IMG/VR virus record: IMGVR_UViG_3300006417_000225
Strand: one strand, 5' to 3'
DNA length: 64,000 nt
Origin: an uncultured virus (IMG/VR IMGVR_UViG_3300006417_000225)
Lineage: Duplodnaviria; Heunggongvirae; Uroviricota; Caudoviricetes
The notes beneath the pieces are model-generated. The model worked only from the letters and a program-made list of their open reading frames with translations. It had not been told where the DNA came from and made no database searches. Positions 9,457-16,940 of the stretch are shown here, one piece after another; positions within the stretch are counted from its first letter, which is position 1; each line of letters opens with the position of its first letter. The position numbers were made by a program, and so were the translations under genes.

Positions 9457-12400
9457 TTATTTATTTTCTATAATTAGACCATTAGCAGCTTTAATATCTT
9501 TGCCCCCTCTTCTAAAGTGATAACCATTTTCATTTAATGTAATATCAATACCTCCTTGAGCATGAGATTTACCTTTAAATTCTGTTGCTATTTTCCAATC
9601 AGTTCCTTTAACTGTATTTCTTAATCCATTTGCAGCACAAGGTTTACTATCATCATCTGTATAATAAATTTCACCAGATTTAAGTAATTCATCTATTTTT
9701 TTATTAAGAGATTCTTTTGTAAAACTTTCTGTATTATTTTCATTTATTTGAGATTGTTCTATATTATTATTTTCCTGATTATTTATATCATTTGACTGTC
9801 TTTTTGTAAATTTTTTAAATCCTTCAATATCTTGTTTACTTCCTAGAATATGAATTTGTTCAGGATTAAATACTGCTATTGTTTTACCTTCTTCTTGGCC
9901 AGCATCTACACCTATAACTGAATCAAAACCTTTAGTAGTAGCCTTAATTATTCTTGGATTTGTATACTCATCTTTATCATGAATTTCTTCAGGAACATCA
10001 GCTAATTCAGAAGTAGAGTTATAGGGATCTTTTATATCTAAAACAGCTTCAACTACTTTTCTATTTACAGGAACACCAAAAGTTTCTGCATATTTTTTAT
10101 CAGTAGTAAAATAAGTAATATAACCTTTAAAATTACCATCTTTAGGTAATAACTGTTCCATTGTTCCATGATAAACGATATCTTTAATTTTACTATTAGG
10201 GAAAATAGTATCTAAATATTCAGAATATTCTTGATATGTACCTATTTTTGATAATTCGGGATACTTATTAAATATTTCAACAATAGAATTTAACTTATTA
10301 TCCACATTTTCCTCAGCAACAGTATTTTTAGCAGCTTCATCTATTAATTCCTGTTTGTAGCCAATGTTTTGTGACTTTTTATATAATCCGTATAATATAG
10401 GAGTATTATAATTATAATTACTTAAATCAACTAAATACCCTCCCGTATTACCTTGTAATCCATCAATTTTATCTTGCCAAATAAGTTTAACACCACTTAT
10501 TTGAGCCATAGCATTATAAATAGCACCTGTTTCAATAGGTTTAGAGTTACTAATATTCATTATAGTATTAATAACTCTATCCATATTTTGCTTAGATTGC
10601 TTTTTATATTCATTGAGTTTTTTAATACCTTCTTCTAATTGTTTGTCAGATAATTTTTTAATATTTGTTTCTTCTGAAATACCTTGAATAGTGTTTTCAA
10701 AATCCGAAAATTTGACAATCCCTATCTGAGAAGCTGCTATAAATTTTATCTCTTTGGCTCTTCTTTTAGTAGCTTGTTGATAAGCTTTTTCATATTCTTG
10801 TTTAGCTTTATTATATTCTTGTTCTGTAATAGTAAATTGTTCATGGTCACGAATATTAATATATTCATTATTCTCTATAAAATATCTATTATCTTCCAGA
10901 AAAGGAGCAAACTGAAAAAATCCATTATCATCAGATTTATAATAAATTTCATTGTATTTAAATTCTTTTTTATTTACAATATTAATTTCATCTTTACCAG
11001 CATATATCAAAGCTGTTCGATCATTTCCTTGTGTAAGTTTAGTGATTTGATAGCCACTAAAATACATAGAAAAATCTTTACCATATTGGTTAATATGTTT
11101 CTGAATAAGATGATGAACTAAAGGAGTAAAGTAATTCATCTCTATTTCAAGAGTTTGTTTTACTTCTTCTTCTATTTTACCATAATTCTTTTCTAGTTCT
11201 GCTTTTTTATCTAATGCTTTTTGTTTTAGAGATTCAAATTGTGATTGTTGTTTTTGTTTATCTATAGATTTAGTATCTAAATTCAAATATTCAGGGGCAA
11301 CTTCTTTAACATAATTTAAAAATTCATCTACAGTCCAATTATCTATGTAACTATCTTCACTTGTATTTGCATTTTTATAAGCATCCCACACAGCAATAAT
11401 ACCCTTCTCAGTATCAGCTGTATCCCACATAAATCCATATTTACCTTTACCTAATTTTACAGATGGGTCATCCCCTAAATAACTTATTATTGATTTAGCT
11501 TTAGCTAATTTTTGTAGTTCTGGAGAGTTAATATCCTTTTGAGCTTGTTCGTCAATAAGTATATTTAATAAAGCTTCATTGTATTTATAATTATCTATTA
11601 ATGTAGCATATTGTTCAGGAGTTATTTTAGAAAGGGCTACATTAAAATTATTAGCAGTAGTAGCATTTCTAGCAGATATATAATTCTTTTTAGTTTCTTC
11701 TATGTTTTTAGAAAGTTGTTTAATTATTTGTTGTTCAGAAAAAGCTATTAAAAAGTTTACATTCTCATTGAGTTCTTGAGAAGCATTTCCTATTCTTCTT
11801 TCTCTTGGAGTTCCTCTGTTGACTATTTGATTTCTTCTTTGAGATTTAGGAAGCGGTTTAGCGGGAGCAAATAAATTAATTAATGGAGCATTGTCTCCAT
11901 ACATTTTTTGAAGCTCTCTTGTTAATTTAGCTTGTAACTCAATGGTTTTATTTTTGAAATCCGCTTTCTTCTGTTTTAAATTTCTTATACTTGGAAAACC
12001 TGGTTCAAATTGATTTTCATCTGGAAGCCACTGAGCTTCTCCTTCAACTTCTTCTGTATTTAATTGATGAAGAATATTTTTTAAATCTTCTAATTCTTCT
12101 TTAGTTAGTAAAGATTTAATCCCACCACGTTTTTTAAAATCTTGAAATATTCTTCTTTGAGAATAAGCCTTATCAACAGCTTCTTGTGCTTTTTCAGGAT
12201 TTTTAGAATTATCGGATTTATAAAGCTCTATACTTTCATTGAGTCTTTGTTTTAATTGATTTAACCCTTGTTCTAATGGGAGATTATATAATTGTTGTAA
12301 TTGATGATTTAATTGGAAATGTTGTCTTGGAGGATTAGTTGAAAATATATCATTTTTTTGTATTCTTTTATTACCACTTTCTATTTGTGTAATATTATCA

Positions 12401-14994
12401 ATCAAATCTGTATTTAATTGTTGTAAGTATCTACCTAATGATGTTTCTAAATCTACTTTTTCAACTTTAAATTCTCTAAGAGCTTCTATATTATCATTTT
12501 GTATTTCATGTAACAAAACGGCATCTTTCCATTTACTTTTACCTGTATAAAAGTAAGTAAGATTACCCCAAGCAGAAGGAGATTTATCAAAATGTCCTGA
12601 TTTTAAATGATACATATCATTAAATCTTAATGATACTTTATTATGATATACATCAGGGTTTTGTTTAGTAAGACCTACTATATTAGCTATTCTTTGTCTT
12701 TCTTCAAAAGGAAGTCTTTGTATTTCTTCCTCTGTCATATTTCCTAATTGGAAATCTTCATCAGATACCCTATCTTTTAAATAAGTAAAAGTTTGGTCTG
12801 TTCTGTAGGACAAATAAGATTTTTCATTAGCAAAACCAAGTAAATAATTGGTTTCTAACCAATTATGTGCTTCTGCTACAAATTCTTCTGCTGTAATAGA
12901 TTTTAAATTAGGATTTTCTAATTTAATCATTTCTCTAATACCATTAAGAATAGAAAGTTCTTGTTTTTTAGCACCATCTATTTTTACTGGTTCAGATAAT
13001 ATAATAGGATTCTTTTTATATTTTTGAAGTAAATCAGGTAATACTTTTAATGTAGGAGCAATATTAGTGTATCCATTAGTTTCTATTATTTGTTTCTTTT
13101 CTTGTTCAGATAGTTTTTTAGTAATTTGTTGCAACTCTTGAGAGATATTCCATTCTCTTAATTGATTGAGATTTTGAGCATCTATAATATCAAAATATTT
13201 CCTAAGAGTTTTAGGTAAGAATTTAGATTTTTTTCTAAATGTTTTATTCAAAAGCCTATCAAAGAATATTTGATTATCCCTTACTTCTTGTAGAATTTGT
13301 TTCTGTCTTTTATCGTATTCTTTACCATATTTTTGATAAACCCAACTATCAAGTTCTTCTTGAGTATTAAACAATGGAGAATCATCACTAACATTATAGG
13401 CTTTCCAACTAAATATTGGTAAATTTAAAGCATTCTCTTGAGGATTTAGATAAGTTAATTTTCCTAAATCTTCTAATATAGTATAATCCAATGGAGCTAC
13501 AGATTGTTCAGTAACAACATCTGCAAAGTTTACTATGTTATTAAGTTTTCTATATTCTTCCCATGTCATTAAATCTGACATATCAGAAGATAGGATTTTC
13601 ATTGCTGCTACTTCAAATGGGTCTTGTGCAGTGTCTTTAAAAATATCTATAATAGAATTTATCCATTCTAAGAATTTTTTAAAGAATGAATAATCAGAAG
13701 CATTTGCATTTTTAGTTTCTATTCTTTTAATTGCTTCCGCTATGAGTTGACCGATAGATTCTTCTGTTAAATCAGAAGGAGATTTTACTAATTTACCATA
13801 TTGGGTTTTGTATAATTCATCATTTTTTAAGGCTGTTTGATGAGATTCCCAAAGAGCTTTTTTAAGTGGTGAATTAGTATCTAATAATCTATACCACCAG
13901 TGAGCCGCTTCTTCTGGTAATTTGTTCCAAGCTTCTACTCTACCTTTATTTAAATCATCAATTATATCTACTGTACCTTCTATAAAGTTAGCAGCAGCAA
14001 TAGCCCCCTCTACAACAGAACCATCTTGAGATAAAAATTCAGAAACTAATCTGGTTTCAATCCCTGCATTTTCAAGAAATTTAGAAACTACATTTAAAGT
14101 ATTAATGTGAAATTCTAACTGTTCTTGATTTTGTGTATTTAATCCAAATAAAGAATTATTTTGCTCTTTAGTAACTTGTTCTATTGTTTTAGCTTTTTCT
14201 TCTGCTGTAAGTTTTTGAAATTGTTTACTTTGAACAAAATCTTTAAATCCTTGAACATCTGCTTTTGATGAAAGTATGTGAACTTGTTCTGGTTCTTTTA
14301 CAGAGTAATGTTCTACATCTAAAGTTTTTTGATTTCTATTATACGCTGTTCCAAAAAGTTTTTCTCTTGCAGTTTCTTGTTCAGCAGTCCCTTCTTTAAA
14401 AGAAGATACTTGATTCCAAATGACACCATCTTTATTATTTTTATTTAACCAATTATCAACTTTTTCACCTACTTCTATAACATTTCCAAAAGAAACATTT
14501 TCTTCATTTAATTCTTTTTTTAAGAACTCAGGAAAATTACGTTCTTGTAAAGGATTTTTTAAGTTAATAATAGCTTGTATAAAACCTCCTTTTTCTCCTT
14601 TAGCATAACTTGATAAAACTTGTTTAAATTTAGCAAAATAAAAACCTGTTCCTTGTAAATTAGTTCCTTCTCCTGTTTTAAGTTTAGATTTATTAAAACC
14701 TTCAGTTTTAACTTTTTCTAAATTACTTGTCCCATGATAAACAATATCTTTTACTTTACTGGTTTTGAAGATAGTAGATAAATACTGTAAATATTGAGCT
14801 TTACTACCAATAGAAGCAAGTTCAGGTGATTGACTAAATACAAAGTCAATTCCTTCCATTTTTCTTTTAAAAGAATCTATTACATCTTTGTTTTTAGCAA
14901 TAGATGTAGCAAATTCTTGTTTATTATTGATAAAGTATTCTTTGAATTGTTCTTCTGAATATTTTTGCCCTTTATATTTTATTATGCAACTCAT
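9457..14994 (-). CDS. Large polyvalent protein with two ART-PolyVal-like domains, 1845 aa
   Basis: Two copies of PEL.xIG...YL.TIF..SK.KDIVYHGT...YF...PEQ.HIL.SK.D..GFK. Also a degenerate zincin-like PEEAAHWW and a GHF...VLLHEIQND motif. Confidence 0.7.
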   Translation of the reverse strand: MSCIIKYKGQKYSEEQFKEYFINNKQEFATSIAKNKDVIDSFKRKMEGIDFVFSQSPELASIGSKAQYLQYLSTIFKTSKVKDIVYHGTSNLEKVKTEGFNKSKLKTGEGTNLQGTGFYFAKFKQVLSSYAKGEKGGFIQAIINLKNPLQERNFPEFLKKELNEENVSFGNVIEVGEKVDNWLNKNNKDGVIWNQVSSFKEGTAEQETAREKLFGTAYNRNQKTLDVEHYSVKEPEQVHILSSKADVQGFKDFVQSKQFQKLTAEEKAKTIEQVTKEQNNSLFGLNTQNQEQLEFHINTLNVVSKFLENAGIETRLVSEFLSQDGSVVEGAIAAANFIEGTVDIIDDLNKGRVEAWNKLPEEAAHWWYRLLDTNSPLKKALWESHQTALKNDELYKTQYGKLVKSPSDLTEESIGQLIAEAIKRIETKNANASDYSFFKKFLEWINSIIDIFKDTAQDPFEVAAMKILSSDMSDLMTWEEYRKLNNIVNFADVVTEQSVAPLDYTILEDLGKLTYLNPQENALNLPIFSWKAYNVSDDSPLFNTQEELDSWVYQKYGKEYDKRQKQILQEVRDNQIFFDRLLNKTFRKKSKFLPKTLRKYFDIIDAQNLNQLREWNISQELQQITKKLSEQEKKQIIETNGYTNIAPTLKVLPDLLQKYKKNPIILSEPVKIDGAKKQELSILNGIREMIKLENPNLKSITAEEFVAEAHNWLETNYLLGFANEKSYLSYRTDQTFTYLKDRVSDEDFQLGNMTEEEIQRLPFEERQRIANIVGLTKQNPDVYHNKVSLRFNDMYHLKSGHFDKSPSAWGNLTYFYTGKSKWKDAVLLHEIQNDNIEALREFKVEKVDLETSLGRYLQQLNTDLIDNITQIESGNKRIQKNDIFSTNPPRQHFQLNHQLQQLYNLPLEQGLNQLKQRLNESIELYKSDNSKNPEKAQEAVDKAYSQRRIFQDFKKRGGIKSLLTKEELEDLKNILHQLNTEEVEGEAQWLPDENQFEPGFPSIRNLKQKKADFKNKTIELQAKLTRELQKMYGDNAPLINLFAPAKPLPKSQRRNQIVNRGTPRERRIGNASQELNENVNFLIAFSEQQIIKQLSKNIEETKKNYISARNATTANNFNVALSKITPEQYATLIDNYKYNEALLNILIDEQAQKDINSPELQKLAKAKSIISYLGDDPSVKLGKGKYGFMWDTADTEKGIIAVWDAYKNANTSEDSYIDNWTVDEFLNYVKEVAPEYLNLDTKSIDKQKQQSQFESLKQKALDKKAELEKNYGKIEEEVKQTLEIEMNYFTPLVHHLIQKHINQYGKDFSMYFSGYQITKLTQGNDRTALIYAGKDEINIVNKKEFKYNEIYYKSDDNGFFQFAPFLEDNRYFIENNEYINIRDHEQFTITEQEYNKAKQEYEKAYQQATKRRAKEIKFIAASQIGIVKFSDFENTIQGISEETNIKKLSDKQLEEGIKKLNEYKKQSKQNMDRVINTIMNISNSKPIETGAIYNAMAQISGVKLIWQDKIDGLQGNTGGYLVDLSNYNYNTPILYGLYKKSQNIGYKQELIDEAAKNTVAEENVDNKLNSIVEIFNKYPELSKIGTYQEYSEYLDTIFPNSKIKDIVYHGTMEQLLPKDGNFKGYITYFTTDKKYAETFGVPVNRKVVEAVLDIKDPYNSTSELADVPEEIHDKDEYTNPRIIKATTKGFDSVIGVDAGQEEGKTIAVFNPEQIHILGSKQDIEGFKKFTKRQSNDINNQENNNIEQSQINENNTESFTKESLNKKIDELLKSGEIYYTDDDSKPCAANGLRNTVKGTDWKIATEFKGKSHAQGGIDITLNENGYHFRRGGKDIKAANGLIIENK

Positions 14995-16940
14995 TATTGT
15001 TCAGATTTATTTTGATTTTGTGATCGAAGATATTTTTCATAAGCAGCTAGTGTTTCTTTATAAGTTTTGTTCCTACCAACCATATAATTTTCTATAAACT
15101 CTACAAAATCATTTTGGTCAGTATTATATTTTTTACTAAAGGCTTTAGAAGCAGTTTCTAAATCAGGTAGATTATATTCTCTTAATTTCCAACTGCTATT
15201 TTTAGTTTCTCCGCTGTTTATTATTTCGTAACCTATATCAGTTATAACTTGTTGATTTTTTAAACCTGCTAATCTAACAGGACTTAGATACTTATCTTCT
15301 ATATTTTTTAAATCATACCCTTCAGGATTATCTTGTATTATATTTATCAAAGCATCTGTTCCTATAGAACTAAATTTAGGTATTTTTATAAGTTCTGAAA
15401 TTGCTGTTAAAGGCCTACCTTCATATAAAAATCTATAACCCGATTTAAGTTTGTTCATGTGAGGTAATTTTAAAATCTTATCTATATAAGGGTTGCCTTG
15501 ATATTTTTTAGCTATGTCTGGTAATTGGTCTGTAAAAGTGTCGAAAGTTATATCTTTTGTTGCTTCGATATATTCGTCTTGCCATTTTTTATCTTGATTT
15601 TTTTCTTTAAAATATTTATAAGCTGATTTATCTCGTTCTGTTTTAGAGTACTTATCCACAATTTCTTGTTCTTTGTCAGAAAACTCAAAAGAAAAATCAT
15701 TGTATAGTTTATCAATATAACTACTGTACAAGTTATTATCATATTCATCATCTAATCTTTTTGGATAGTTAGTTTCTGTATTCCCTAAAGCTTTAGCAAA
15801 TGGAGTTAAGTAACTATTTATATAGTTAGATTTAGGATTTGTTTTTTCATAATCCCTTTTATACTTTAACCATTGAGGAGCTTTTGCTGTTATAGTAACT
15901 TCTTTTAATGGTGTAGCACTATAAGTATCTGTAGTTTTATCGTAACTCACTAATCTACCAGTATTATACAAATCTCTGTATTCAGGAGAACTTATATCAT
16001 ACTCTTTAATTTGATTATCTTGATTAACTTTTACTTTTTTGCCAGGTGGGTAAACACTACCATCTTGTGCATATTCATTGGTAACATTTTTAGGAATTAC
16101 TAAACCATGTTTTGCTGTAAATTCTGTATTACCATTTTTAATACTTACACCGTTTTTACTGATAGTTAAATCTACCCCTCCTTCTTTGTGTGTAGGATAG
16201 CCTTTAAGGTCTTTAATTAATTCCCATTTACCCCCTTTAGTAAAATTAGTTTGTAAACCTTTTTCAGCTTTTAATTTACCTCCACTAGTACAGTCTTTTT
16301 CTATTGTATTTTCCTCTTTTAATATTTTCTCAACTTGGTTAAAGTCTTGCAAATATACATCTAAAAATGATTGATATAGTTGTTGAGCTTGTTGTTTTTG
16401 TTGTGGGGTTATTTGTAATTCTGATACTTGTTTTAAAAAGATATCGTTTTCCTTTAAAGAGTTTACAACATCTTTTTTGTCCCAAGTAGTATTATTAGAT
16501 AATATTCCTTTTATTTCAGGATATTTTTTAGATATTTTTTCAAACATCTTTTTTGCATCTACATTTTTTTCTATAGGTGCTGATAATGGAAAAGCATTTT
16601 CAATATTTCCTTGTATAATATTTAAATTTTTCCTATTAAATGGTATTATTAAACTACTGGTAAATGTTGTAAATTGGTATCTATCATCAAATAATACTTC
16701 AAATTCATTACCAAATTTTTCTTTAAATTTATCATATATTTTAAGAGCTAAATCCTTTATTATATTACCATCATTATTACTTAAATCAATATATATTGTA
16801 GGTGCTCTAAACTCATTATTATACTCATGATATCTAATAAGAGGCTCTACTCCATGGTTACGAACTCTTTGTTTGAAATTATTTGAATTTAAATAATCTC
16901 TTATTTTTTCTATATTTTTTCTATCACAACTTCTTAACAT
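14994..16940 (-). CDS. Modular cargo protein, 648 aa
   Basis: Coupled to the vRNAP stop (7-nt overlap) and to the next gene (TAATG overlap). Contains the THKEGGVD and IKEYDISSPEY modules shared with downstream genes. Confidence 0.65.
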   Translation of the reverse strand: MLRSCDRKNIEKIRDYLNSNNFKQRVRNHGVEPLIRYHEYNNEFRAPTIYIDLSNNDGNIIKDLALKIYDKFKEKFGNEFEVLFDDRYQFTTFTSSLIIPFNRKNLNIIQGNIENAFPLSAPIEKNVDAKKMFEKISKKYPEIKGILSNNTTWDKKDVVNSLKENDIFLKQVSELQITPQQKQQAQQLYQSFLDVYLQDFNQVEKILKEENTIEKDCTSGGKLKAEKGLQTNFTKGGKWELIKDLKGYPTHKEGGVDLTISKNGVSIKNGNTEFTAKHGLVIPKNVTNEYAQDGSVYPPGKKVKVNQDNQIKEYDISSPEYRDLYNTGRLVSYDKTTDTYSATPLKEVTITAKAPQWLKYKRDYEKTNPKSNYINSYLTPFAKALGNTETNYPKRLDDEYDNNLYSSYIDKLYNDFSFEFSDKEQEIVDKYSKTERDKSAYKYFKEKNQDKKWQDEYIEATKDITFDTFTDQLPDIAKKYQGNPYIDKILKLPHMNKLKSGYRFLYEGRPLTAISELIKIPKFSSIGTDALINIIQDNPEGYDLKNIEDKYLSPVRLAGLKNQQVITDIGYEIINSGETKNSSWKLREYNLPDLETASKAFSKKYNTDQNDFVEFIENYMVGRNKTYKETLAAYEKYLRSQNQNKSEQ

